From: an uncultured delta proteobacterium | Lineage (GTDB): Bacteria; Desulfobacterota; Desulfobaccia; Desulfobaccales; 0-14-0-80-60-11 | DNA length: 64,000 nt | Assembly (NCBI GenBank): GCA_963812015.1 | Contig: CAWETI010000002.1 | Location: 896,001-960,000, forward strand | Reading direction: 5' to 3' | Program-made: the position numbers and the translations under genes | Shown here: positions 9,731 to 20,065 of the stretch, in pieces | Numbering within the stretch: the first letter of the stretch is position 1 | Layout: each line of letters starts with the position of its first letter | Notes under the pieces: model-generated | The model's input: the letters and a program-made list of their open reading frames with translations, nothing else | What the model was told of the DNA's origin: nothing | Database searches by the model: none

Positions 9731-10529
9731 ACTGATCAGGGCCCTGGGTGAGCTCCTGGGGCGGGCCTGGGGCCGGCTCGGCGCCCAGGTGTCCCGGATG
9801 CTGGGCATCTGCGCCCTGTTCTATCGCCTCCTCTTGGGTCTCTTCTCAGGTCCCGCCTGCCCGCGCCTGTTGTTCCGGGAACTGAGCCGCCAGGTGTATT
9901 ATACCGCCATCCGGGGGTCGTATATCCTGGTCTTTACCTCTCTCATGCTGGGTATGCTGGTGATCGTCCATGCCACCCAGCAGCTGGTCAAGGTCCAGGG
10001 GGAGGAGTTCGTCGGCTGGTTGCTGGTCACCATCGTGGTGCGGGAGGCGGGGCCGGTGTGGGCCGCCTTTTTCGTCTTGCTCCATTCCGGCGGCGTTATT
10101 ACGGTGGAGATCGGCACCATGTCGGTGAACCGGGAGATCCAGGCCTTGCAGATGATGGGCATCGACCCCCATCGTTACCTTGGGGTGCCCCGTTTCTGGG
10201 GGCTCACCATCAGCCTGTTATCCTTGTATATCCTGTGCGTGTTCGCCGCCATCATCGGGGGGTATCTCTTCGCCCAGGCGTTTGCCGAGATCTTCTGGGC
10301 CAAATTCTGGCTGTCGTTCATCAATGCCCTCCAGTGGATCGACCTGAGCGTGGGCTTTGCCAAGACCACCATCTTCGGCATGATCATCGCCACCGTGTCC
10401 ATCTATTTCGGCTTCAGCGCCCGGGACCACATGGGCGAGGTGGCCCAGAACACCTCCCAGGCGGCTATCTGGAGCCTGGTGCTCATCGGCGTCACGGATA
10501 TCATCATGACTTCGGCCTACTACCTGTGA
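9714..10529 (+). CDS. mlaE: MlaE-family ABC transporter permease
   Basis: VRE.GP, EIGTM.V..EI.AL..MGIDP..YL..PR signature. Confidence 0.9.
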   Translation: MNLLSKLIRALGELLGRAWGRLGAQVSRMLGICALFYRLLLGLFSGPACPRLLFRELSRQVYYTAIRGSYILVFTSLMLGMLVIVHATQQLVKVQGEEFVGWLLVTIVVREAGPVWAAFFVLLHSGGVITVEIGTMSVNREIQALQMMGIDPHRYLGVPRFWGLTISLLSLYILCVFAAIIGGYLFAQAFAEIFWAKFWLSFINALQWIDLSVGFAKTTIFGMIIATVSIYFGFSARDHMGEVAQNTSQAAIWSLVLIGVTDIIMTSAYYL

Positions 10530-10565
10530 GCGGCCCGGGCCGGCCTTGAGGCGCAACGGCACCCT

Positions 10566-11288
10566 ATGCTACATTATGCCTTGAACCTGGATATGGTCAC
10601 CCTGTCGGAAGATGCCGCGGCCTGGCCCGCGCCCCTGTCCCTGGCGGTGGCCCTCAACGAGGTCGTGCTCATTGAGGGGGTCGGCCCGGCCGCCGGCGAC
10701 TCCCTGCTTAAAGTTGCGGCCACGCTTGCCTCCCCGGTGGCGGGAAGCGCCACCCATTGGGGCCGGGACGCCGCAACGCTCCCCCGGGAGGAGTTTTATC
10801 GCCTCCGGCGCCGCATCGCCTTGATCTCCCCCCGGCAGGTGCTCCTCCACCGTCTCAGCCTGGGGGAGAATATCGCCCTGGGTCCCTGCTATCACCTGGG
10901 ATACACGGAAACGGAGGCTTTGGCGGCCCACGCCGACTTATTGGCGCACCTGAAACTCCAGGCTCACCTGGACCGGTTCCCGGCCCAGGTGTCCGCCCCG
11001 GTCTATGCCCGGGCGGTGTGGGCCCGGGAGCTGGTAAAAGGGCCGGAATTGATCCTGGCGGCGATCTCCGGCGACCTGGCGGCCACCGGCGAGGCCGCCG
11101 GACTGGCCACGGTACTCCGGGATTACCTGACCGGGAGCGGCGCCGCGGCGCTGCTGCTGGGCGAGTCCCTGACATCCTTTTACCCCCTGGGGCATCGGCT
11201 CATGGGGCTGGAATCGGGGCAACTCCGGCCACGGCCGCTCCCGGAACACCGGGCCCGCCTCCTCACCGCGTACCTGCCCCTGGTTTGA
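10566..11288 (+). CDS. MlaF-like ABC ATPase fold protein with all catalytic motifs degenerate
   Basis: Colinear with the intact MlaF at 17125-17922 (RRRI, ENIAL, FPAQVS, AR.L...PELIL) but lacks Walker A Lys, Q-loop, LSGG, Walker B DE and H-loop. Confidence 0.75.
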   Translation: MLHYALNLDMVTLSEDAAAWPAPLSLAVALNEVVLIEGVGPAAGDSLLKVAATLASPVAGSATHWGRDAATLPREEFYRLRRRIALISPRQVLLHRLSLGENIALGPCYHLGYTETEALAAHADLLAHLKLQAHLDRFPAQVSAPVYARAVWARELVKGPELILAAISGDLAATGEAAGLATVLRDYLTGSGAAALLLGESLTSFYPLGHRLMGLESGQLRPRPLPEHRARLLTAYLPLV

Positions 11289-11345
11289 CCGTGGGGGCAA
11301 GCGGCAAGGGAGATTGAGATTTTTAGAGGGCTCCAAGGTAACGGC

Positions 11346-11393
11346 CAAGATTTGCGCCGACCGCCATCAAACCAAGGTCAGATTAAATCTAAC
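11346..11393. repeat. 48-bp intergenic motif, copy 1 (copy 2 at 29891-29938)
   Basis: Ungapped by-eye alignment gives 40/48 identity. Confidence 0.75.
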
Positions 11394-11630
11394 TGTCAGG
11401 GCTATGTTTCCCCTGCCGGTGGGATTTGATCTGGAGCTATAATAAAAAAAATAAAAATATTGAATTTTTTGTTTTAAACCCGATATACATAACCGAACCT
11501 TGCATTTCAGGTTGGACATGGGGGCTTGAATTTCCTGGCGCCGGCTTCCGGTATCATGGCTACCGAGGGCCGCCGGGCTGGGCTTTGCAAGCGCCCGACC
11601 GGGCCGTATATTTCATTCAAGGAGTGCTTC

Positions 11631-12908
11631 GTGACCTACCCGTGTTTTCCATCACCCATCCGGAAACTTGCCCCCATGCTGCTGACCGCCCTGGTGGTGG
11701 CCTTCATCCTGGCAGGCTTCACGAACAACGGTCCCGGCGGCCTGGAGGCAGCCGAGACCGCCAAGACCGAACCCGCCGCCCCGGCCGCGACTGTTGCGCC
11801 GGCAACCCCGACGCCGATTCCCGAAGCAGCCAAGACCCCCGCTGCTCCCACGGTCCCGGCGGCTCCGCCGGTCGCGGCCCCCGCCGCCCCCGGTGCCCCT
11901 GCGACGCCGCCGCTCGCGGCTCCCGAGGCCGCGGAAACCCAGCCGGCGACTCCTGCCAAAACCAAGAAAGCGGCTAAAGGTAAGAAGGCCGCCAGGCAGG
12001 CCAAAGGGAAAAATGCCCCACCTCCCGGGAAAATAGCCCCCCCGGGCAAATACAACGCCGGCGAGGACCCCGAGTTTGCCCAACGCTGCGGCTGGCCGGT
12101 GAAAACCCCGCCGACGCTGCCGGGTTCGATCCTGCCGGGCAAGCGCATCGTCGCCTACTATGGCAACCCGCTGTCCAAGCGGATGGGGGCCCTGGGCGAG
12201 TACCCCAAGGACGAGATGCTGCGGCGGCTGAAGGGGGAAGCGGCCAAGTGGGAGAAGGCCGATCCGTCTCTGCCGGTCCAGCCCGCCCTGCACCTGATCG
12301 CGGTGGTGGCTCAGGGGGAGCCGGGCAAGGCCGGCAAGTACCGGATGGTCATGCCGGACAAAGTCATCAATGAGATGTATGGCTGGGCCAAAGAGGCGAA
12401 CGCCATCCTCTTCATCGACATCCAGACCGGCCATTCCGACATCCGCACCATCCTGCCGCGCTTTGAGTGGCTGCTGAAGAATCCCGACGTGCACCTGGCG
12501 ATGGACCCGGAGTTCAACATGATCAAGAGCGGCAAGAAGCCGGGGACCAAGATCGGCACCTATGACGCGGCGGACATCAACTATGCCGCCGGCTTCCTCC
12601 AGGAGCTGGTGAAAAAGTACAATCTCCCCCCCAAGGTGTTCATCGTGCACCGCTTCACCCGCAACATGGTCACCAATGCCGACAAGGTCACGCTCCGCCC
12701 CGAGGTCCAGATCGTCATGAACATGGATGGCTGGGGCGCCCCCTGGCTGAAGCGGGATTCCTACCGGGATTACATCGTCGCCCACCCGGTGGAGTATACC
12801 GGCTTCAAGCTCTTCTACCACAATGACACCAAGAAAGGCGACCCGCTGATGACGCCTCAGGATCTGCTGAACCTGAACCCGAAGCCGATTTACATTCAGT
12901 ACCAGTAA
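11631..12908 (+). CDS. Exported conserved hypothetical protein with Pro/Ala-rich linker
   Basis: AAGGAG RBS before GTG 11631; signal/TM segment; PAAP-rich then Lys-rich linker; globular C-terminal domain (RIVAYYGNP...MDGWG...GFKLFY). Confidence 0.75.
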   Translation: MTYPCFPSPIRKLAPMLLTALVVAFILAGFTNNGPGGLEAAETAKTEPAAPAATVAPATPTPIPEAAKTPAAPTVPAAPPVAAPAAPGAPATPPLAAPEAAETQPATPAKTKKAAKGKKAARQAKGKNAPPPGKIAPPGKYNAGEDPEFAQRCGWPVKTPPTLPGSILPGKRIVAYYGNPLSKRMGALGEYPKDEMLRRLKGEAAKWEKADPSLPVQPALHLIAVVAQGEPGKAGKYRMVMPDKVINEMYGWAKEANAILFIDIQTGHSDIRTILPRFEWLLKNPDVHLAMDPEFNMIKSGKKPGTKIGTYDAADINYAAGFLQELVKKYNLPPKVFIVHRFTRNMVTNADKVTLRPEVQIVMNMDGWGAPWLKRDSYRDYIVAHPVEYTGFKLFYHNDTKKGDPLMTPQDLLNLNPKPIYIQYQ

Positions 12909-12935
12909 GCGCGGGTCGAATCCAGACCCCGAAAT

Positions 12936-12980
12936 AAAAAGGGGAGAGGCTGTCTTGCCCAGACAGCCTCTCCTTTTTTT
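12936..12980 (+). terminator. Rho-independent terminator, probably bidirectional
   Basis: Stem ggagaggctgtct/agacagcctctcc with an upstream A-run and a downstream T-run. Confidence 0.9.
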
Positions 12981-13450
12981 GGAAACTCGGCGGGTCGGCG
13001 GGATCAGGCCTCTTGCGCCTCGTCGCCCTTGGTGGAGGCAGGAAAATACACTTTTATTTTATACAGCTTGCATGACCAAAATTTCTCTAAAATATTAAGC
13101 AGTTGAAGGGATGATCCACAGAGTGCAACCCATTCAAAATGGTCTTTAGGAGCGCATCAATAGCAGATCGCGACACATCCGCTTTGAACTCTAATCAACA
13201 CCCTCTACCAAAAGATTGATCGGCTCCAACCCGGCCCAAAAATTTTCAAAGTCTAAGCATACCACCGATCCTGCCAAGGGAAAAATCATTGTTTTCCCCT
13301 ACCAGAAATCAGTAATTTTACCTATTTTAGCAACTGTAAAAACGTATTAAATAAGAGGCACATTAAAGATGGTTCGAAAAAATAAATCAACATGAAAAAA
13401 TTCAAAACCACAGGGAAGAATCAAAACCCATAAAAAGAAGAGGGAAAACA

Positions 13451-13615
13451 ATGGAAGGGATGAAGAATTTTTTCAGGGATGAGTCTGGTGCGACGGCGGT
13501 GGAGTACGGTCTGATGGTAGCGTTGATTTCTGCGGTTATCGTTACCACCGTTACTACCCTTGGGACTAAAGTCAAAACTTCCTTCACAACCGTGAGTAAC
13601 GCCATGGGCAGTTAA
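13451..13615 (+). CDS. flp: Flp/Fap type IVb (Tad) pilin, 54 aa, absent from the ORF track
   Basis: Translation MEGMKNFFRDESGATAVEYGLMVALISAVIVTTVTTLGTKVKTSFTTVSNAMGS carries the G/ATAVEY Flp motif; purine-rich RBS gaagaggg upstream. Confidence 0.95.
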   Translation: MEGMKNFFRDESGATAVEYGLMVALISAVIVTTVTTLGTKVKTSFTTVSNAMGS

Positions 13616-13814
13616 GAAACGCCATCTCAAGTGCAGTACAAGTATTGGGGGCCTTGCTGCACCCCTGCCAGGTCCCGCAGGTTAAGACTGACTGGCATGG
13701 TTGATGAACCGGAAACAAGTCTTAATCCCTTCCCCTGGTGGGAGGGGATGGGGAAATAACTGCTGGGAAAAAAATTCTGTATCCCCCCCCGCACCCTAAC
13801 CCTTGTATGTTAAA

Positions 13815-14973
<1,159 letters not shown>

Positions 14974-15473
14974 CATCTAACACAGTCGCTCCTCCCTCAA
15001 GGGGGTGTATTATATTGACTTTTTTCGAGGTCATCAGGGTGAGAACAGGAAACGTTCCGGCAAGATCCGGTGATCCGGGGAAAGCCGCAGCGGTATTCGT
15101 TAGCCAAAGAGAACAATCCTGCAACTTTCTGGAGTTCAGGTATGCATGAGACCTAAAGAGTCGTAGAGAACCTTTCCGGATTTGGTTCAAATCACATGAG
15201 GGACTTGAAAGGAGCTAAGGAAGTATAGTGGGTTACTTGTCAATATTAGAAAATTCTTGGAAAAGGCAAATAATTGACGATATGATCCGCATAACGAAAC
15301 GGGTGCTTGGTGGGGGGATTTGCAGATTTGACTGGTTAAAGAACATCAAAAAAGCCGGAAGAGAATATATCTTAAAAATTTCTTCTCATATTACCTCTGG
15401 ATGGAGAGGTTGTCCGGTAAACTCTTGACCATTACGGTTGATTGCCGGGCTGCAATTTAATCAGGTAATATTC

Positions 15474-15530
15474 TGTGAGGGCGGACCCTTGGGCCCAGGT
15501 GCTGAGGGCACACACCTGGGTCCGCTCCAG
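15474..15530. repeat. Degenerate GTAG-type REP-like palindrome
   Basis: gcggaccc...cccaggtg / cacctgggtccgc inverted repeat; related to copies near 47678, 54251 and 62205. Confidence 0.5.
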
Positions 15531-15549
15531 GAGAAAACGGCATTATCTG

Positions 15550-16230
15550 CTACTTGCGGCTCCGGGCGGCCTCGGAGGTGTCAGTGATGATCCGGGCCGA
15601 GACCTGCTCCATGGCTCGGCTCATGGCCTGAGCCAACCCCTCGGGGGTTTTCTCCGGCATGGGCTCCAGGACCCGGTAGTTTTTCTGGAAGACCACCCGC
15701 TGGGGAAGTTCCTCCTGGTTGGTATCCAGGAGCGTGACCGTCAGGGCCAGGGCCGCCTTCCAGCTTCCGGGCTCATCGATTTCCTGAAATTCCGCTACGC
15801 CCCCCTCCAGCTTGAACCGGTGCTTGCCACTGCCTTCCGGGCCAAACACGGCCTTAAAGAGGCCCGCATCCCTGAAGTCCCGGAGGAGATAGTCGGTGAC
15901 CAGGTAGCCGGGATTGACCCGCCAGCGGCTGTAATTATAGACCTGGCTTTTGAAGGGTTGGGGCTGGTAGACCATGGCGTTGGTGTTGAAGGCCTGGGCC
16001 ACGGAGAATAGATCCACCTTGACGGCCTCCGGGATTTTGGCTCGGCCGCCCGCCGACGGCGCCGGGTATTCCAGGATGTACTGGTTGACCAGCATGGGGG
16101 GCTTGCCGCAGCCGCTCCCCAGGAAAACCAGCAGGGCCGCCAACAGCGACAGGAGCCCGGACGGTCTGGCCAACCGACCCTGGCAGGGTCGCTTCAGGGG
16201 CTTGGGACTCGGGTCAGTCATGGCCTTCAT
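15550..16230 (-). CDS. ABC-type transport auxiliary lipoprotein (PqiC-like)
   Basis: Lipobox LGSGC, Y.L, Y.YSRW...P and L.G.V.EF motifs; last gene of the mlaE-mlaF-mlaD operon. Confidence 0.85.
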   Translation of the reverse strand: MKAMTDPSPKPLKRPCQGRLARPSGLLSLLAALLVFLGSGCGKPPMLVNQYILEYPAPSAGGRAKIPEAVKVDLFSVAQAFNTNAMVYQPQPFKSQVYNYSRWRVNPGYLVTDYLLRDFRDAGLFKAVFGPEGSGKHRFKLEGGVAEFQEIDEPGSWKAALALTVTLLDTNQEELPQRVVFQKNYRVLEPMPEKTPEGLAQAMSRAMEQVSARIITDTSEAARSRK

Positions 16231-17123
16231 TCATTCCACCTTTTCTTGGGGGGCTTGCCGAACAAGAGGTCCGAGGGCCGGTCATAGATCCTCTGGAGCA
16301 GCATCTCCATGGCCTCCGAACTCTGGCGCAGGTTATTGCTGGTGGATTCCAGTTCACGGGTGATCTGCCGGACATTTCCCAGGGTAGCCGGAAGCTTCAT
16401 GGCCAGGACCTGGTCGTTGACGGTGGTCAGCAGAGTGCGGGCCCCTTTGATGGCGTCCCGGGCTTCAGCCATGGTCTTATCCAGCCCGGCTTCGCCCAAG
16501 ATCTTGTCCGCCCGGGCGGTGAGCCGGTCCAGGTTGCCGGCGACGGTATCCACCCTGGCCAGGATGCTGGTGACCTGTTTGCCTTTGATAAGGTCTTCCA
16601 TGGCCTTGGTAGTGGCGATCAACTGGTTGGAAATGCCCTTGGTATCGATCTCGTTGAACTTCTTCACGATCTCGTTAACCCCGGCAACGAGTCTCTGCAT
16701 TTCGCCAGGGCGGGTCGGAATGATGGGATACTCCGAGGGAAAGTCGAGCTTGGGAGAGAGGTCCGGCTCCCCGGGTTTTTTGAGGTCCAGTTCCACGAAC
16801 ATGATGCCGGTGATCCCCGCGGCTTTCAGCTGGGCCACGGCATTTTTTTGCAGGTTATCCCGCATATTGATCTTCATAGCCACGCCGATGAGCCGGTTAT
16901 CGGGGGCCACCCGGATAGTTTGCACCATGCCCACTTCGACCCCCCGAAACTTGACGGCGGAATCCACCTGGAGGCCCTGCACCGACTCGTCGAAGTAGCT
17001 GACGTAGGTTATCCCCTTCTGAAAGTAGCTGGTGGCGCCCACCCAGATGACGGCGACGACGCCCATGAGGACGCCCAGGAGCACAAATACCCCGATGATC
17101 AGATTGGTGGATTGTTTGGCCAT
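16227..17123 (-). CDS. mlaD: MlaD/MCE domain protein
   Basis: N-terminal TM; FDESVQGLQVDSAVKFRGVEVG; GITG.MFVEL; helical C-terminus. Confidence 0.92.
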   Translation of the reverse strand: MAKQSTNLIIGVFVLLGVLMGVVAVIWVGATSYFQKGITYVSYFDESVQGLQVDSAVKFRGVEVGMVQTIRVAPDNRLIGVAMKINMRDNLQKNAVAQLKAAGITGIMFVELDLKKPGEPDLSPKLDFPSEYPIIPTRPGEMQRLVAGVNEIVKKFNEIDTKGISNQLIATTKAMEDLIKGKQVTSILARVDTVAGNLDRLTARADKILGEAGLDKTMAEARDAIKGARTLLTTVNDQVLAMKLPATLGNVRQITRELESTSNNLRQSSEAMEMLLQRIYDRPSDLLFGKPPKKRWNE

Positions 17124-17124
17124 G

Positions 17125-17922
17125 TCAGGTTCCTTGGGGCGCGGGTCCGGATGCCGGCCGGCGGTTAAAAAAGTTCAACACCCGCTGGTCGGTGGAGTGG
17201 TCCTTCAACTCCCGGGGATCGCCTTCGGCAATGATGCCCTGAGCGGTTTTGTCCAGCATAATCACCCGATGGGCGATATTAAAAATAGACTCCAGTTCAT
17301 GGGTGACAATTACCATGGTGGTTCCCATCCCGGCATTGAGGCTTTTGATCAAATTGTCCAGTTCCACCGAAGTGATGGGGTCCAGCCCGGCGGAGGGCTC
17401 ATCGAAGAAGAGGATCGTGGGGTCCAGGGCCATGGCCCGGGCTAGCCCGGCCCGCTTCTTCATGCCCCCGGAGATCTCCGAGGGCAGGTGGTTTTCATAC
17501 CCCGCCAGGCTTACCAGCCCCAGCTTCATCCTGACGATGAGTTCGACGGTGGCCGCATTCAGGTCGGTGTATTCCTGGAGGGGCAGGGCCACATTCTCCG
17601 CCAGGGTCATGGAACCGAAGAGAGCCCCGGACTGAAAGAGCACCCCGAGGTCCATGCGTAACCGGCGCAAGATGCGGTCGTTATCGGTATTGACGTCGAC
17701 GCCGTTGATCAGGACATGACCGGCGGCGGGTTTATAGAGACCGATCAGATGTTTCAGCATGGTGGACTTGCCGCAGCCGCTGCCGCCCAGGATCACCAAA
17801 ATCTCACCCTGGTTGACCTGAAAGCTGACCCGGTCAAAAATGGTATTGTTTCCGAAGCGGGCCGTCAAGTGGTCCACAACGATGACCGGGGCTTTGGTCG
17901 GGTTGGTCACAGGCGTATCCAT
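17125..17922 (-). CDS. mlaF: MlaF-family ABC ATP-binding protein
   Basis: GGSGCGKS, LFQSGALF, ISGGMKKRAGLARA, FFDEPSAGLDP, VTHE. Confidence 0.95.
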   Translation of the reverse strand: MDTPVTNPTKAPVIVVDHLTARFGNNTIFDRVSFQVNQGEILVILGGSGCGKSTMLKHLIGLYKPAAGHVLINGVDVNTDNDRILRRLRMDLGVLFQSGALFGSMTLAENVALPLQEYTDLNAATVELIVRMKLGLVSLAGYENHLPSEISGGMKKRAGLARAMALDPTILFFDEPSAGLDPITSVELDNLIKSLNAGMGTTMVIVTHELESIFNIAHRVIMLDKTAQGIIAEGDPRELKDHSTDQRVLNFFNRRPASGPAPQGT

Positions 17923-17967
17923 GAGATCTTTGTACTCTGCCCGGGTTTCCCCGGGTCCTGCCTCCGC

Positions 17968-19104
17968 CTAAATGTGGAGATACTGGAAAACCAGAGCGAA
18001 GGCCGAATCCGTAACAATGATGAGAAAAATCGCCGCTACCACCGCGGAGGTGGTGGCCGCGCCCACCGCTTCGGCCCCGCCTTTGACCTCAAAGCCCCGC
18101 TGGCAGCCGATCCCGGCGATGAGCACGGCAAAGACGCCGGATTTTATCAGGCTGGTGATGATATCCAGCAAGGTCAGGCTTCTTTGGGTTTCCTTCAAAT
18201 AAGTGTAGGCCGTCAGGTCCAACCCCAGGATGCCCACGATCATGCCGCCCAAGATGCCGAATAGGTCGGCATAGAGGGTGAGCAGGGGCACCACGATCAT
18301 GGCCGCCAGCACCTTGGGGACGGCCAGGAACCGGATGGGGCTGAAACCCATGGTGGTAAGGGCATCCACCTCTTCGTTGACCATCATGGTGCCGATTTCC
18401 GCGGCAAAGGCCGATCCCGACCGCCCGGCCACCAGGATGGCGGTCATGATGGGCCCCAGTTCCTTGACAATGGCAATGGCCAACAGCGAAGCCACATATA
18501 TATTGGCTCCGAACTGTTTGAGCTGAAGAGACGACATAAAGGCCAGAATAAGGCCGAGGAGGAGGCTGATGAGGCCGACGATGGGCAGCCCGTCCACGCC
18601 GGCCCGCTTCATGTAGGCGAGGACGTCCTGCCACCGCACCGCCCGGGGATGAAAGAACACATGGGTCAGGGCCCCCAGGAGTTCCCCCAGGAAGCTCAAT
18701 ACCTGCTTAAAGTCGTCGAGGATCGTGAGGGTGGCCTCACCCACCCGTTCCAGGATATTGCCGGTCTGGCGATCGGTGATGAGCGGCGGCGTGGTAAGGG
18801 CTCGGGGGTCAATGAGCCCCATGATCCCCCGGGCCTTGTCGGTGAGATTGACGAATTTAAAGGCCACCGACCGGCCCCGGGCGTTGATCTCCAGTTCCAC
18901 CAGGGCCAGGGCCCCGGCGCTGTCCAGGTAGTCGACGCCGGCCAGGTCCACCGTGAGGCTGGCGGGGATCAGTTGCCGGAGCCGGGTCTGGATCTCGGAA
19001 GTGAAGGACTGCAGATTATCCAGGGCGACCCGGCCGGACACGGCGAAGGTGACGGTTTTGCCTCTATCGCCGCTAACCTGAATAGTATAACCGTGCCCTG
19101 GCAC
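17968..19104 (-). CDS. mlaE: MlaE-family permease with N-terminal STAS domain
   Basis: VDLAGVDYLDSAGA (STAS); KELGPIMTAILVAGRSGSAFAAEIGTM. Confidence 0.93.
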   Translation of the reverse strand: MPGHGYTIQVSGDRGKTVTFAVSGRVALDNLQSFTSEIQTRLRQLIPASLTVDLAGVDYLDSAGALALVELEINARGRSVAFKFVNLTDKARGIMGLIDPRALTTPPLITDRQTGNILERVGEATLTILDDFKQVLSFLGELLGALTHVFFHPRAVRWQDVLAYMKRAGVDGLPIVGLISLLLGLILAFMSSLQLKQFGANIYVASLLAIAIVKELGPIMTAILVAGRSGSAFAAEIGTMMVNEEVDALTTMGFSPIRFLAVPKVLAAMIVVPLLTLYADLFGILGGMIVGILGLDLTAYTYLKETQRSLTLLDIITSLIKSGVFAVLIAGIGCQRGFEVKGGAEAVGAATTSAVVAAIFLIIVTDSAFALVFQYLHI

Positions 19105-19195
19105 TCTGGCGGTTTCCTTTACGTTCGGGGCAAGATTCTATGCCTGCCGCCGAAGGGGCCTATCTGGTAGCGCACAAGCATCCGGGGGGCGGGGC

Positions 19196-19771
19196 TCAGG
19201 TATTAAAATTCAAAGCCAGGAAATCTTTTTCCGTGAGGCCCCATCTTTTTTCCGCTTCGTCAGCGCTGATGGCGATGGCCATCAGGCCGATAACCTTATC
19301 CTGGCGGATGAGGGGGGCGCAGATGAGATAAAGCTGGGCGCCGTCCTGCAGAAAGAGCCGCTGCTGCTGGATTTTTTTGCTATTGATGGCTTTAATCACC
19401 AGGTCATAGTTGGAGAAATTCTTGTTTTCCTTCGTGGGCGGGTGAACTGCCAAAGTCTCGCCGGTTGCGTTCAAGATGCCGATTTGAAAAGGACACATGC
19501 GGCACAATTTCACGGTCTGGGGCTCAACTTTTTCCAGGGCGCCCGCAATTTTCGCCACGTCCTTGTTGGCGACTGGCTCCAACAGGGGGGCGGCGAGAGT
19601 GTTGATGCAAGTTTTTATTTCTTTCTTAAAGGTGGCGGCCGCAGGGCTCAACGGGGCCTCCTGGGCCTGGCAGCCCCAGAAAAGTAGGGCCGCACACACC
19701 AGGGTCAGCCAGAGATAGGTCCCCAACCTGAATTTCCGGTTCAAAAAGATGCACCTCACATTTTTTTCCAA
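19196..19771 (-). CDS. Hypothetical lipoprotein, possible Cache/PAS-like domain
   Basis: Lipobox-like LFWGC; ILN..GETLA.HP and YLICAPL..QDKVIG.MAI resemble Cache strands; start uncertain. Confidence 0.6.
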   Translation of the reverse strand: MEKNVRCIFLNRKFRLGTYLWLTLVCAALLFWGCQAQEAPLSPAAATFKKEIKTCINTLAAPLLEPVANKDVAKIAGALEKVEPQTVKLCRMCPFQIGILNATGETLAVHPPTKENKNFSNYDLVIKAINSKKIQQQRLFLQDGAQLYLICAPLIRQDKVIGLMAIAISADEAEKRWGLTEKDFLALNFNT

Positions 19772-20065
19772 CTTAACTTATATGCCGTTACTTATATCCT
19801 ATTTGCCCTTTACCTGACAAGAGAATCGAGGCGATTTTTGGCAAAAATGCTTGAGAGGCGCCCCAGTCTGAAGATAGAGGTTTTGGAAACTACTTGGGGA
19901 CCGGTTAACCCGCGGCTCAGAAAAACTCAACGGCCGGTTGACAAACGCCAGCCAACCCGAGTATGATAGCCAGAGAACAAAAGTGCGATAATCAAGCATA
20001 ACTGCGGGCCGACCGGATAACAACCCGTGAGGCGTCAATCATTCCATACCCAGGAGGATGAGGGT

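Noticed and set aside
12911..12931. gggtcgaatcc resembling a tRNA T-loop
   Set aside because: No cloverleaf, acceptor stem or anticodon arm; it is only a small hairpin before the terminator
12981..13045. GC-rich stub that may be the 3' end of a lost minus-strand gene
   Set aside because: Too short (about 12 codons) to support a call
13402..13630. Two short minus-strand ORFs in the track
   Set aside because: They are antisense shadows of the Flp pilin on the plus strand
13693..13709. Possible sigma54 promoter (TGGCATGGTTGATGA)
   Set aside because: The -12 element lacks the conserved GC and there is no suitable downstream gene
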